Virus record (IMG/VR): IMGVR_UViG_3300031565_000046
Span: 1 to 52,953 of that record
DNA: 52,953 bases
From: a virus
Taxonomy: Duplodnaviria > Caudoviricetes
Strand: one strand, 5' to 3'
Both the position numbers and the translations under genes were made by a program. Shown piece after piece: positions 1 through 10,022 of the stretch (the stretch's first letter is position 1; the number at the start of each line of letters is the position of its first letter). Below the pieces are notes generated by a model, which was given only the letters and a program-made list of their open reading frames with translations, made no database searches and was not told where the DNA came from.

Positions 1-190
1 AAATAGCATGTGCTTCTCCGTATGAAACTTCTGTTTCAGGCTCATGGCTGTGATTATTTACATTCCAGCGTTTACCGTAGCTAAATTTAACACGGTATCC
101 ATCTCCTTGTTTAAAAAGGATGGCTATGTATACTTTATCTGAAGTACCTTCTCTATACTCCAGCTCAGTTCTTTCAACTTCTTCCATCAT
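1..190 (-). CDS. WGR-domain protein (partial, runs off window)
   Basis: Own translation MMEEVERTELEYREGTSDKVYIAILFKQGDGYRVKFSYGKRW..., similar to the N-terminal WGR domain of the adjacent ligase (SDKVY..F.YG[RK]R). Confidence 0.7.
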   Translation of the reverse strand, partial: MMEEVERTELEYREGTSDKVYIAILFKQGDGYRVKFSYGKRWNVNNHSHEPETEVSYGEAHAI

Positions 191-1247
191 CGGTTCCTTG
201 TTTAGTTTTCAATTTGCTTAATAAGCATTCATCTTTATTTACATCATCTCGGATGCCCAACAAGACTGGTTGGTAAAGGGATCCCATTGGGTAATAATAG
301 AGATACTTAACCTCGACTATGTCACCAACTTTAGGCTTAGTTTGATTAGGGTAAACTGTTACATTACCCACCTCTTCCGTTTGATCTGCTGGTCCGGGCA
401 TCATATCATTTAATACAGCTATTCCTATTGAACTCTTCACATCACTCACTGAACTAACTATGCAAGATGCGGATTCATAAAACTTACACTTAAATTGAGA
501 TCCTCCAGAAGCAGGTCTTCCTGCGGAATATGGTGCATCCTTTAATTTGAATACAACTCCTTCAGCTTTATTGATTTTCAACCTCATGAATAAATCACCT
601 TTCTGCATTGTTGTCCAAGCTGTTTCAACAACTTGCAAACTCTTTACATTATTGGGAATGATATCTTCCAATATTGCAAATCTTGCTTCGTATGCCATGT
701 TAGGATAAGAAAGCATATCAAACACACGTAATACATCTCCCATATCTTCACCATCTATAAGCGCTGCACCACGTATTTGCTGACAATCCTTCACCATTTG
801 TGTGATTACTGGGACTTCTAATCCTTTTTTATTGATACCCAGGACTGTTGAGCCTGTATAATGAAGAAGCTTTCTTCTACCGTCATTCTTTTCTTGCATG
901 CAATAACGGTCATCATTTAAGTATTTCTCTACATCTTTTTCATCTATTTCATTTAAGAGCTGAGGTCTGATTCCTGTATCTGATTTGTCAACTACATTGA
1001 TTGTATCAGCTGGTTCACCAACTGGATTATAACCTTTAGATGTTTTAGACTTAACGAGCTTGTCATAAGTCTTTTTAGCCAAGTCATACTCAATTGGCGT
1101 ATCTGTTTTAGTACCTGTTGCCATAGCACTTCCTCTACGACCATAGGCAAAGTTAACTACAAAACCATCACCCTCTTTTTTGAGTTCTGCTTTGTATACC
1201 TTATCTGAGCTTCCTTGTTTGAAAGCTAATTCTATTGATTCATTCAT
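174..1247 (-). CDS. ATP-dependent DNA ligase with N-terminal WGR domain
   Basis: KxDG motif (QEKNDGRR), IDGE, VFD, EGVVFK motifs, C-terminal OB fold; N-terminal SDKVY/YGRRG/K.SKGY. Confidence 0.85.
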   Translation of the reverse strand: MNESIELAFKQGSSDKVYKAELKKEGDGFVVNFAYGRRGSAMATGTKTDTPIEYDLAKKTYDKLVKSKTSKGYNPVGEPADTINVVDKSDTGIRPQLLNEIDEKDVEKYLNDDRYCMQEKNDGRRKLLHYTGSTVLGINKKGLEVPVITQMVKDCQQIRGAALIDGEDMGDVLRVFDMLSYPNMAYEARFAILEDIIPNNVKSLQVVETAWTTMQKGDLFMRLKINKAEGVVFKLKDAPYSAGRPASGGSQFKCKFYESASCIVSSVSDVKSSIGIAVLNDMMPGPADQTEEVGNVTVYPNQTKPKVGDIVEVKYLYYYPMGSLYQPVLLGIRDDVNKDECLLSKLKTKQGTDDGRS

Positions 1248-2077
1248 TATCCAAAAGGGTTAGGTTTTTCAATGACAACTATTGCTGTCTTTACTGTGGT
1301 GCCACTTTCTTTAAAAGTACCTGCATCTACCATTTCTAAATAAACACGGTCACCGTTTTTTCTATAAAACTGAGCATCTGTCCCGATTCTTGAGAATCTA
1401 TCCCAATCAAAACCATCAGTACCATTTTCTAAATCATCGCATAACCAGTTACGAAACTCAGTAGACTTTTTATTAGAACTGTGTATCCAAGATAAAGATG
1501 TAATGCATGCTACTAAACCTTCATCCTCCAGTAGATCATACATCTTTCTCAGATGTTCTATATCTTGCCCTTTAGTAAAAGGTGGGTTAGCTACAATACG
1601 ATCAAACTTATCATCACAATCTGTTAGGAAGTTTTCTCCCATAAATATAACACCACCTACACCCATTAAGATGCTTTGATTTTGAGGCATTAATTCATAA
1701 CAATCTACCATTATATTTGGTATCTGTCTTCTGATTGCTTCAACAATAGCGCCTTGTCCTGCACTTGGTTCTAGTATATTATGTTCAGGATCTAGTTTAG
1801 CTAGCTCTACTAAATGGTCGCATAATTCATCAGGAGTAGCAAAGAATTGGAAATCCTTCTTCAGGTTTACCTTTTCTCCTGCAGCTACTCTGCCTAATAA
1901 TTCACTAGGGTCATGCGGGAATACAAAGCCCGCTACTTTACCTCCTTTCCATTTTCCTCCAATGCCTTCTAGGTGTTTTTTAATGTCCATGTAGGCTTTA
2001 CGATCTAATTGACCGTCCGGTAACTTAACTACGGTACCATCAACGGTACACGCTTGTAATATTTCTTCTGTTGTCAT
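1247..2077 (-). CDS. N6-adenine DNA methyltransferase
   Basis: QFFATP, ILEPSAGQG (motif I), IVANPPF (motif IV); likely start MTTEE at 2077. Confidence 0.85.
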   Translation of the reverse strand: MTTEEILQACTVDGTVVKLPDGQLDRKAYMDIKKHLEGIGGKWKGGKVAGFVFPHDPSELLGRVAAGEKVNLKKDFQFFATPDELCDHLVELAKLDPEHNILEPSAGQGAIVEAIRRQIPNIMVDCYELMPQNQSILMGVGGVIFMGENFLTDCDDKFDRIVANPPFTKGQDIEHLRKMYDLLEDEGLVACITSLSWIHSSNKKSTEFRNWLCDDLENGTDGFDWDRFSRIGTDAQFYRKNGDRVYLEMVDAGTFKESGTTVKTAIVVIEKPNPFG

Positions 2078-2087
2078 AATATTAATT

Positions 2088-2426
2088 TTAACCAGCGTAG
2101 ATATTATCCCCACTGAATGTTTTAGTTTCTAAATTATCCCCAGTCATTTCTTCTAACTTTTCTATAGGATGTAATAACTTTATAATATCTTCATCTTTAT
2201 CTATTGAGTGGAATGACCAACCCATAGGACCAAGATATTGTGGTCTTTTTCCTACTTTTTCGCTGCTGCAAAAATGACATATAGAATTTCTTGCTAATAA
2301 CTCTGGATAACAGTTGCATTCGGTTTGTCCACCTTTGGATAATCCCATAAACCTATAGAGAGTTATTGCAAAACCTTTATCTTGACTTTGTCTTTTATGT
2401 GCTTTAAAATGCGTTGCCGTATTCAT
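2088..2426 (-). CDS. hypothetical protein
   Basis: ORF tightly packed with neighbours. Confidence 0.55.
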   Translation of the reverse strand: MNTATHFKAHKRQSQDKGFAITLYRFMGLSKGGQTECNCYPELLARNSICHFCSSEKVGKRPQYLGPMGWSFHSIDKDEDIIKLLHPIEKLEEMTGDNLETKTFSGDNIYAG

Positions 2427-2781
2427 TTTTTTTATAATTTAATAGTTCTGCTTCTGTTGTAAGACAGTTATAATCTACTTCAGTTTCAATGTAATTTAAC
2501 TCAGCTTTGATTGCTGCTAATGTTCTGTGATGACCGTTTGTAACATACCAAACTTCCTGATTCAGGTGTTCTGCAGTTACTTGTTCTCCGGTCATAAAGA
2601 AAAGGTCTTCATTCTCAATATCATCCTCATTTATGGTAGATGCATATCCGAGAATAGGTGGAAAACCGTTATGACCAGTATCTATGTCATTCCCTTTCAT
2701 TTCTATAGCATATGCTTCTACTACTGCATCATCTACAGGATTAGTAAAAGCACTGATGATACGATTAGTTGGATACATCAT
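2404..2781 (-). CDS. ParB/Srx-like domain protein
   Basis: FPPI...VTNGHHRTLAAIKA matches the ParB-N D/N-GHHR motif. Confidence 0.6.
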   Translation of the reverse strand: MMYPTNRIISAFTNPVDDAVVEAYAIEMKGNDIDTGHNGFPPILGYASTINEDDIENEDLFFMTGEQVTAEHLNQEVWYVTNGHHRTLAAIKAELNYIETEVDYNCLTTEAELLNYKKNEYGNAF

Positions 2782-2962
2782 TAGTTAGGGTTTTTACAGT
2801 TGCAATAGCCTCATCCCTGTTAGCTGCCATAAATGGACCAACTACTATTTCACAAAAAGGACTTTCATTAGCCTCTTGAATATCAAGTGGCTCAAAGTAT
2901 CTCTTTGCTTGGTAAGTACCTTCGGTGTGCTTATAGCCCCACCATTGATTTTTATCACTCAT
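2765..2962 (-). CDS. hypothetical protein
   Basis: Packed ORF with overlapping start/stop. Confidence 0.6.
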   Translation of the reverse strand: MSDKNQWWGYKHTEGTYQAKRYFEPLDIQEANESPFCEIVVGPFMAANRDEAIATVKTLTNDVSN

Positions 2963-3153
2963 AATCCAGCTTTTTTAATGAAGTGATTAGCTACTTCAGG
3001 TATATGTTTCTTATAGTAAGGTTGGTTATCCTTACACCAGTCACGTACTTCCTGCTTATCTTTAAATGTTTGGTGCTGAAAGAATATTTCTAGTTCATCA
3101 ATAAAGTCTTGAACTGTCCAGCCTTCCCATATATGTTTGCTTGTATCACTCAT
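2959..3153 (-). CDS. hypothetical phage protein
   Basis: Packed ORF (HIWEGWTVQDFI...WCKDNQPYYKK). Confidence 0.65.
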   Translation of the reverse strand: MSDTSKHIWEGWTVQDFIDELEIFFQHQTFKDKQEVRDWCKDNQPYYKKHIPEVANHFIKKAGL

Positions 3154-3156
3154 GAT

Positions 3157-3414
3157 TTAATTTTTAATTCTAAATACACTTATTTTCTTAGGATTACCGT
3201 CACCGTCTGTGGTATAGAGCGTATCATGTATTAGACAATACTCGTAAGGAAAACCTTGTACCCAACATTGGGTACGTGTTTCCTCTCTTACGCTATTTCT
3301 ATGCATTGTTATACTAGTTCCGAGTTGGTATTCACCTTCTTTTAAACGGACTGTTGGTTTATGGATTGGGTCTGATTGAGCTATATACTCGGTAAGCGTT
3401 AGCATGGAGCCCAT
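3157..3414 (-). CDS. hypothetical protein
   Basis: Packed ORF. Confidence 0.55.
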   Translation of the reverse strand: MGSMLTLTEYIAQSDPIHKPTVRLKEGEYQLGTSITMHRNSVREETRTQCWVQGFPYEYCLIHDTLYTTDGDGNPKKISVFRIKN

Positions 3415-3680
3415 CCTACAAAGCCATAAGATCCATCGCCTTTGTCATATGCAGCCACTTCACCTTTGTCCATATTATCTAAAGCCCATTCTTCAAAAGC
3501 TTCCTCACCTAACTCCTTGTATTTTGCTGTTTTATCAGCTCCGAATGTACAAGAGTTTATTTCTCCACTGTAGCCTTGTTGGTGACCGTATTCTTCAGCG
3601 GCTTCTTCTTTTGCTGTTCTAAAGGCTTGCATCATATTGTCACCTTTTTGGATTACGTGTATATTATTTGCTCCCATCAT
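3399..3680 (-). CDS. hypothetical phage protein
   Basis: Packed ORF (EYGHQQGYSGEI...FVGWAPC). Confidence 0.65.
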   Translation of the reverse strand: MMGANNIHVIQKGDNMMQAFRTAKEEAAEEYGHQQGYSGEINSCTFGADKTAKYKELGEEAFEEWALDNMDKGEVAAYDKGDGSYGFVGWAPC

Positions 3681-3966
3681 CTAAGTTTTTAACATAGCCT
3701 TCTGGATTCCATTCTGGATTCGTGCTATGTGAGGTTATTAATTGTTCTTTCTCAGCTGCCATTATACGCAGCTCTTTGTGATACTCTTCTTCTGAGTCAC
3801 GTTTATCTACTCCGGCATCAGAACCCTGTTTGAACTCAAACGTTGGATCCATATCCTCTACTATTACAATCAGACCTCCCTTTACTTCATCAGGTTGGGT
3901 AGTTATCCGAATGTACTTTATTTCCTTGATGTTATTATCAAACACCTTTAATGCAGTTACTGGCAT
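3664..3966 (-). CDS. hypothetical protein
   Basis: Packed ORF. Confidence 0.6.
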   Translation of the reverse strand: MPVTALKVFDNNIKEIKYIRITTQPDEVKGGLIVIVEDMDPTFEFKQGSDAGVDKRDSEEEYHKELRIMAAEKEQLITSHSTNPEWNPEGYVKNLDDGSK

Positions 3967-3967
3967 A

Positions 3968-4534
3968 TTAAAATTGATTTTCTAACCATTTGATAAACTC
4001 TGCAGTATCTAGTCCATCCTTGCCATGCTTGTATGCATTTAAAGCAATTTCTTTTATCTGCTGAGATGTTAATATCCGTGGTCTTCTTGGTTTAACTGTT
4101 TTATTGATTAGTATTTTAGCAGTACAGTTTTCAGTACAGCATTTCTTGCAGTCAGTTTGACTTCTTGCTGCCAAAAACTGTGCTGTACAGGTATCACATA
4201 CGCGTATGTGCTTACCTTCTTTAAACTTCTGTGGTACTAATTCAAATTCAATGAATTCATCAGAGTTTACCTCTTTACTACGAATTGAATTTGACCATTG
4301 ATTATACTTTAGGGGATAACTACCACTATCTCCTATTACAACTAATCTACATAACTGAGCATTTATTGGAACTGTATAATCATCAAAGCCTTGGCCCATG
4401 ACTACCCAATCTCCTGCCGGATCAATATGTTTAATGGTGATTATCTCCATTCTATTTTTTTCAAAGAGTACAGCAATTGAACCTGCTTCTAGCTCTTTGA
4501 CATTTAGTTCTTCTGTTTTGACTTGACCTACCAT
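3968..4534 (-). CDS. hypothetical protein with CxxC...CxxC zinc ribbon
   Basis: CDTC...CKKCC. Confidence 0.6.
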   Translation of the reverse strand: MVGQVKTEELNVKELEAGSIAVLFEKNRMEIITIKHIDPAGDWVVMGQGFDDYTVPINAQLCRLVVIGDSGSYPLKYNQWSNSIRSKEVNSDEFIEFELVPQKFKEGKHIRVCDTCTAQFLAARSQTDCKKCCTENCTAKILINKTVKPRRPRILTSQQIKEIALNAYKHGKDGLDTAEFIKWLENQF

Positions 4535-5097
4535 TCTTGATCTTCTGTTAGATGTGCAACACTAAATTTAAAAGTACCAGTTTCATTACCGTCTTCATCT
4601 TTATCAGGAACTAACATTGCTTCAGCATATATTTTGGGTTTATCACCCATTAATCTAGCTACATCTCCTGTTAAAGGACCTTCATATTCAAATTCTCTGA
4701 ATTCATCATATATAAGCATTGACTGTTCAGCTTTGTTACTGGCTAATGAACGTTGTATTTTAATGATTCTCATTTCTTCTTTCTTGATATCATCCTCTTC
4801 AACTTCAATAGGTTTATTATCTAACTTAGTTAAGTCTTCGGGTTTAAGGCCAAATACATTAATATGCGTAATGTTATCAGCTATCTTACCGGTTAGCTTA
4901 TCCATTTCGTTAACTTCCCGCACAACAGTTAATGTACCATCTTCAGCATAGCTATAAATAGAACATACATGACCGGTTTCTGTAATTTGATACTCATGTG
5001 TTGGTGGGACTTTTTCTATTAGTTCTTGTATTTTCTTAGGACGTGTCTTATAGAAAGCGGACTCTCGTATAAGCTCTATGGTTAAGTTTTTTTTCAT
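4528..5097 (-). CDS. hypothetical protein
   Basis: Packed ORF, 189 aa. Confidence 0.65.
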   Translation of the reverse strand: MKKNLTIELIRESAFYKTRPKKIQELIEKVPPTHEYQITETGHVCSIYSYAEDGTLTVVREVNEMDKLTGKIADNITHINVFGLKPEDLTKLDNKPIEVEEDDIKKEEMRIIKIQRSLASNKAEQSMLIYDEFREFEYEGPLTGDVARLMGDKPKIYAEAMLVPDKDEDGNETGTFKFSVAHLTEDQEW

Positions 5098-5333
5098 TTG
5101 CTTCGTATTGCGTCAATTGCTTTTGACAGTTCTACATACACCGTATTTTGCTTAGTGTTTACTTCCATTTTAGAATTACCCACTACACTTAATACAGGCA
5201 TTATTTTTCCTCCCACGTTTTGAAAGGTTTTTACTCTACATACTTGAATCTTTCCGCCTTCATTGGCTTCTTTCTTTACGTACTTATTATGTACAGCATA
5301 GACCATTGATCCTATTTTTAAATGTTCATACAT
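5094..5333 (-). CDS. hypothetical protein
   Basis: Packed ORF, ATGA overlap. Confidence 0.6.
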   Translation of the reverse strand: MYEHLKIGSMVYAVHNKYVKKEANEGGKIQVCRVKTFQNVGGKIMPVLSVVGNSKMEVNTKQNTVYVELSKAIDAIRSK

Positions 5334-5334
5334 C

Positions 5335-6795
5335 TTAATTCAATTTTTGATGGTTTTGTAAATAAAGCTCTTCAATTAATTTTTGAGCCATTAACGGAAC
5401 TACTGAGTTACCAATAGCTTTCTTTTGAATTTGCTGAGAACCGATTAGTTGATATGCTGGATCAAATCCCTGTATCAGCTTTAATTCATCAGCAGTTAAA
5501 AATCTAGTCTTAATGTCTATTAAATAATTCATCTTTTTATTTAATGTAACAAGACTCCCTTTAGGTACCGTCATTATAGTTGACAGTGGATCATTCACCG
5601 ATGCAACATTACTACCCGGATTATTGCCTGAGTTAAAATGATGTTGTATGAATGCTATTTTTTCCATAGTAACTAAGCTATGTATATTAGCTGTTGGAAT
5701 GGTTTTAAGTGGTTCTTTTAATGAACTAGCTCTTTCATTCCCTTCTCTTTTTGCAGTATAATTTTGCGTTGTAAAAGAGGCTTTTTCCAAGGTTACCATG
5801 TATTTTTGATCTTTGTATGCCATTATTGTAGGCATAGGTTGATTAACAGAACGGTTAGTGCCAAAATGTTCAGCTACAAACTGTTCCTTCTCAATGCTAA
5901 CAAGTACATGTCTGTCTTTTGTGGTAATGGTATGCAACGGTGTTTTTAATGAACTATTGTTATCTCCATTACCGTAATACTTCATGATGAAATTATGATC
6001 ATACATTAAATCACCATCTATGCAGAATTTTTTAATACCTGCAGCTATTCTTTTCTGAGTATTCTTAACAAGAGGTTTTCTGACATTCTTGGGTAAACTA
6101 TTGTTATAAGCTCTACCAAAGATGGAATTGCCTTCATCAGATAAGTTTATGTAATCTTTACATGGTAACCATTTAAGTTTACCATCTTTACCTGTTTTAG
6201 AATGAGTTGGTTTAGGAAATGTAATATCTTGGCCTACTTTAGCAAAGATACCAAAGTATCTACTGCGTGAAGTACGTGCTCCAAAATCAGCTGAGTTTAA
6301 AATAGCATAATCATATTCATAACCCATTTCCTTAATGTTATCAACCCAGTTCTTATAGTGAATACCTTTTTTGTCAGGATCTGCAACCGAGACTAGCTTG
6401 CCCTTTCTCTTTACCTCCATCAAAGGGCCCCATGTAAGGAACTCTTTTACATTCTCTATAATTATGAATGACGGATTTGTTTTTTCAATGTATCTGTACA
6501 TCTGTCTAGCTAGCATTCTACTGTCTGCATCACGACTTTGACCTCCTTTTGCTCCAGAAAAATGTGTACACTCTAAGCTAGCCCATAATAAATCTACTTC
6601 AGTTAACTTAGATATATCCATACTCACAATATCTTCCTCATAATGTTTTGTATTAGGATGATTGATTGTGTGAGCTTTGATGGCATTTTCATCATGATTA
6701 ATAGCCCAAGCAACTTCAGCGAAGTCACTATTAACTATTCCATGCGAAGTACCACCAGCTCCACAAAACATATCACCTACTCTGAGTTTTCTCAT
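5335..6795 (-). CDS. C5-cytosine DNA methyltransferase
   Basis: DMFCGAGG (I), WASLECTHFS (IV), IIENVKEF (VI), SRSRYF (VIII), IQGF and IGNSV (IX, X). Confidence 0.9.
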   Translation of the reverse strand: MRKLRVGDMFCGAGGTSHGIVNSDFAEVAWAINHDENAIKAHTINHPNTKHYEEDIVSMDISKLTEVDLLWASLECTHFSGAKGGQSRDADSRMLARQMYRYIEKTNPSFIIIENVKEFLTWGPLMEVKRKGKLVSVADPDKKGIHYKNWVDNIKEMGYEYDYAILNSADFGARTSRSRYFGIFAKVGQDITFPKPTHSKTGKDGKLKWLPCKDYINLSDEGNSIFGRAYNNSLPKNVRKPLVKNTQKRIAAGIKKFCIDGDLMYDHNFIMKYYGNGDNNSSLKTPLHTITTKDRHVLVSIEKEQFVAEHFGTNRSVNQPMPTIMAYKDQKYMVTLEKASFTTQNYTAKREGNERASSLKEPLKTIPTANIHSLVTMEKIAFIQHHFNSGNNPGSNVASVNDPLSTIMTVPKGSLVTLNKKMNYLIDIKTRFLTADELKLIQGFDPAYQLIGSQQIQKKAIGNSVVPLMAQKLIEELYLQNHQKLN

Positions 6796-6797
6796 AG

Positions 6798-7187
6798 TTA
6801 ATTATTTTGTACATTGTGAGATGTCCCGCCATTACCGGTTCGAGTTATTTCAAAATGCTTTTCTAACATCTTCATTGTTTCAATACATGCTAATGCTTGT
6901 GGCCCGATGGTATTGCAAAATATGTCAAACATATTTACAGTATCTTCTTGAGCTTTATTACGCTTAGCAGCATCGCCTCCAAAATCTTCTTGGAGGCGAG
7001 CTCTTACTCTTATCCCATTTACTCCTGGTGAATTATCTATAAATGCACATGAATAACTAGGATCTATTTTTAACAAATGTTCACCGTATCCCGGTGTATG
7101 AAGCACAATTGCTCCAGCAATGTCATGCTCATCAAGAATTGCCTTGATTTGTTCCATTGCTTTTTTAAGTTTAGGACTATATTGCAT
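6798..7187 (-). CDS. hypothetical protein
   Basis: Packed ORF. Confidence 0.65.
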   Translation of the reverse strand: MQYSPKLKKAMEQIKAILDEHDIAGAIVLHTPGYGEHLLKIDPSYSCAFIDNSPGVNGIRVRARLQEDFGGDAAKRNKAQEDTVNMFDIFCNTIGPQALACIETMKMLEKHFEITRTGNGGTSHNVQNN

Positions 7188-7197
7188 AATTTATTTT

Positions 7198-8316
7198 TTA
7201 GATTATTGGATGAATCCATTCTATTTTACTTTGATCAAACTGCTCTAATGCACTTGTTACCCAATCTTTATCAATACTATTTACATAGCATAAAATATGG
7301 ATGGTTGCTACAGCATCAGGATTCAATCTAAGAAATCTACCAATCTTTTGTGCAGCTTTCTTATTATTAGCATACGAGTGCATAATGATACCTGTTTCTA
7401 AGTTAGGTATTGTTACACCCTCACTAAGCTGTTCAACAGCACTTAGTTTTAAAATAGAACCATCCTTAAACATTTTCAAATTATCTTCTGACTTTTTGTT
7501 TTTAGAGTGAAAGCTATGATCACACAGTCTATCAGCTTGGTCTTGTGTATTAGTGAAGATTAATGTTTTCTTTGTCACCTTAGCCAATAGCTTTGCTGCA
7601 TAACGCTCTTTACTAGCAAAACCTTGTAACGCTTTCATTCTCTGAATTCGTGTTATTTGTTGTTGCTGAGGACTGTTGGCATTATAAACGCGAGTATCCC
7701 AATATTGATAGTTCTTTATTTCAGATGTCATAAAGTTTGGCCCCTTCTTATTTTCAATAGATATGTTTGGTTCACCATCTAAATACAATTGGTGCACGAA
7801 TATCTTATAATCATTGAGGATTCCATCATCTATAGCATCATCTGTAACGTACTCATATACTTTGGGACAGAAGTAATTACACATCTTACCTTTTTCAGTA
7901 TTTTTATAAACAGGATACGTCCCCGTAAGACCCACTATAGTACCACCTTTTGCTTCAAATTCCAACAACCATTCTTTGTGTGACATTTTTAAGGAATGAC
8001 ACTCATCTAAATAGACTATATCAAAATTATTAGGATCTAACTTAGTTAATGAACGATATGATGAGAATGTCATATGATCTAGTAAATTACTAAACCCGAA
8101 CTTTTCTGCATCTTCTGTCCATGATTTATAGATAGTCTTCTTGGGTGTTGCAATTAGATAGCTTACAAAATCATTATAGTTTTTATTCATATGTTTTAAT
8201 CCCAATAGGCATTTTCCAACGCCCATTGAGACAACTGTTCCTGATTTTTTAAGCGAACCTATTGCATTAAGCGCTTCCGTTTGGATTGCGTCTTTATCTT
8301 TAGTTTCTTCTTTCAT
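7198..8316 (-). CDS. superfamily 2 DExH helicase
   Basis: SMGVGK Walker A, LDECH, GLTGT, LSEGVTIP, QKIGRFLR. Confidence 0.85.
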   Translation of the reverse strand: MKEETKDKDAIQTEALNAIGSLKKSGTVVSMGVGKCLLGLKHMNKNYNDFVSYLIATPKKTIYKSWTEDAEKFGFSNLLDHMTFSSYRSLTKLDPNNFDIVYLDECHSLKMSHKEWLLEFEAKGGTIVGLTGTYPVYKNTEKGKMCNYFCPKVYEYVTDDAIDDGILNDYKIFVHQLYLDGEPNISIENKKGPNFMTSEIKNYQYWDTRVYNANSPQQQQITRIQRMKALQGFASKERYAAKLLAKVTKKTLIFTNTQDQADRLCDHSFHSKNKKSEDNLKMFKDGSILKLSAVEQLSEGVTIPNLETGIIMHSYANNKKAAQKIGRFLRLNPDAVATIHILCYVNSIDKDWVTSALEQFDQSKIEWIHPII

Positions 8317-8331
8317 GATAGGTTGTATTAA

Positions 8332-9054
8332 TTAATTATCAAAGCCAAACACAAGTCTGACATCTTCGTATTTTTCTTTCAGCTTTTCCATTGCTGGAAC
8401 AACTGCTTTAAGGTTATTTTCAAACCAATCTGAGTATAAAATAGGCCATCTATAATCTACATAGATATTCCAATCTTCAACAGCTCTTGTTTCTTCTGGT
8501 CTGCCGTACTTAGATTCTTTTGTTATTTTTTTGATTTTGCCATTAAGTATTTTATCTGCAGTTAAACTATCTACAGTAACTATGTTACCTCCGCTAATAC
8601 CACCAGACCATGAATCGGGTGTTTCCGCTGTATCTTTTAATTTCTTATATTGTTCAAGACTTATTACACCGGCTTTTATGGTTACTTGCGTCCAATCAAA
8701 GTTTTTAAATTCTTCAAGTGATAGATAACTATGAGAATGCATGTCACAATCCCATTCTTCTACATTCTTTTTCCATTCTTGAGTAGCGTCTTTAGGAACG
8801 CCTTTGGGAAAAGCTATAGGTGTAAATCCCTCACCTGTTTTTACTCCAGCAAAACCATAACCATTTCTTACATTAGCCAAAAGGCTAAACCAATCATAAT
8901 TACGATTACCCGGAGGAGTTTCACTAAATTCATTTTGAAATGGTTCATAATCATTTTTTGGATCAAAGTATGAATTTTTAAATACTTTATCGATATTAAC
9001 TTTCCATTTACCATTTTCTTTTACTTCTGCTATAATATGAATATCACATCCCAT
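8332..9054 (-). CDS. conserved phage protein (MGCDIH...RNY..F...FGFDN type)
   Basis: Characteristic terminal motifs; function unknown. Confidence 0.7.
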   Translation of the reverse strand: MGCDIHIIAEVKENGKWKVNIDKVFKNSYFDPKNDYEPFQNEFSETPPGNRNYDWFSLLANVRNGYGFAGVKTGEGFTPIAFPKGVPKDATQEWKKNVEEWDCDMHSHSYLSLEEFKNFDWTQVTIKAGVISLEQYKKLKDTAETPDSWSGGISGGNIVTVDSLTADKILNGKIKKITKESKYGRPEETRAVEDWNIYVDYRWPILYSDWFENNLKAVVPAMEKLKEKYEDVRLVFGFDN

Positions 9055-9078
9055 GTTATTAAGTTTTAGAGTTATTAA

Positions 9079-9285
9079 TTATTTATCAGATCTGTCCATG
9101 ATCATTACTTCATATCCATATTTCTTCAGATGATTAATTGGACCATTATCATCCTCTATGGGAGTTTCAACGCAAGCAAGTAAATCACATAGGATGTCTT
9201 CTGCGTTTTGAGATGGAGAAAGATTGTCTTCATCTATTTTGATTTGAACTTTAAGGGTTACTATTTTCATAACTTTATTCTTCAA
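9079..9285 (-). CDS. hypothetical protein
   Basis: Packed ORF. Confidence 0.55.
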   Translation of the reverse strand: MKNKVMKIVTLKVQIKIDEDNLSPSQNAEDILCDLLACVETPIEDDNGPINHLKKYGYEVMIMDRSDK

Positions 9286-9493
9286 GGAACTCTATTTTAC
9301 CAGGGGTTCCGGTTAAACGTTTATACATTATTTGAGTACGCGCAGTTCTGATTGCGCTATCGAATGCTTTAATTGCTGTTTTGGCTACATTAATATCATC
9401 AGTAGCTTTATATTTTTTATGCGCCTTATAACCAATGTGAATTAAATTCTTACGCACATCACTTGCTTTTACTGCTTGTTTTTTCTTTGACAT
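9275..9493 (-). CDS. small basic hypothetical protein
   Basis: Packed ORF. Confidence 0.6.
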   Translation of the reverse strand: MSKKKQAVKASDVRKNLIHIGYKAHKKYKATDDINVAKTAIKAFDSAIRTARTQIMYKRLTGTPGKIEFLEE

Positions 9494-10022
9494 TTCTTTT
9501 AAGTTTTAAATTCATTCTTGCTAGACTAATTAATTCTTTAGGTGTATCATCAGATTGAAAATCTGTAATACCATCCGTCCTTTTGATAGATTCATATATT
9601 AATTTCTTAATGTATGAATCAGTCATATTGGTTCTTCTTATCTGATCTCTTTTTCTACCATATGCATCTATTTTTTCTTTATTGCGCTCATAGTAATCTT
9701 TCCAATAATTCTGAACATATTCAAAATTATTATTGCGATAATTTTGCATATAAGCAGCTCGTTTTTTTTTATACTCGGGATTATTCTTAAGTAAATGATT
9801 ATAACGTTTTTTTGTTCTTTCATTACTGTTTTGCTTATGTTTTTCATAAGCTTTTGGGTTAGCAAGGAAGTACTTTTTACGAGATTGATTTTTAATTTTA
9901 TTTTCACAGTTTTTGCATTGGCCTCTAAGTCCATCATTAGATGTCTTTCTTAGGTGAAAATGTTCTTTATTCCTAGGGAAGACCTTTTTGCATTTGCTGC
10001 ATTGTTTAGTTTCCATGATCAT
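9459..10022 (-). CDS. Zn-finger/basic helical protein like the N-terminus of HNH homing endonucleases
   Basis: KQCSKCK...F...GLRGQCKNC followed by Y/K/R-rich helices; no HNH domain visible. Confidence 0.6.
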   Translation of the reverse strand: MIMETKQCSKCKKVFPRNKEHFHLRKTSNDGLRGQCKNCENKIKNQSRKKYFLANPKAYEKHKQNSNERTKKRYNHLLKNNPEYKKKRAAYMQNYRNNNFEYVQNYWKDYYERNKEKIDAYGRKRDQIRRTNMTDSYIKKLIYESIKRTDGITDFQSDDTPKELISLARMNLKLKRNVKEKTSSKSK

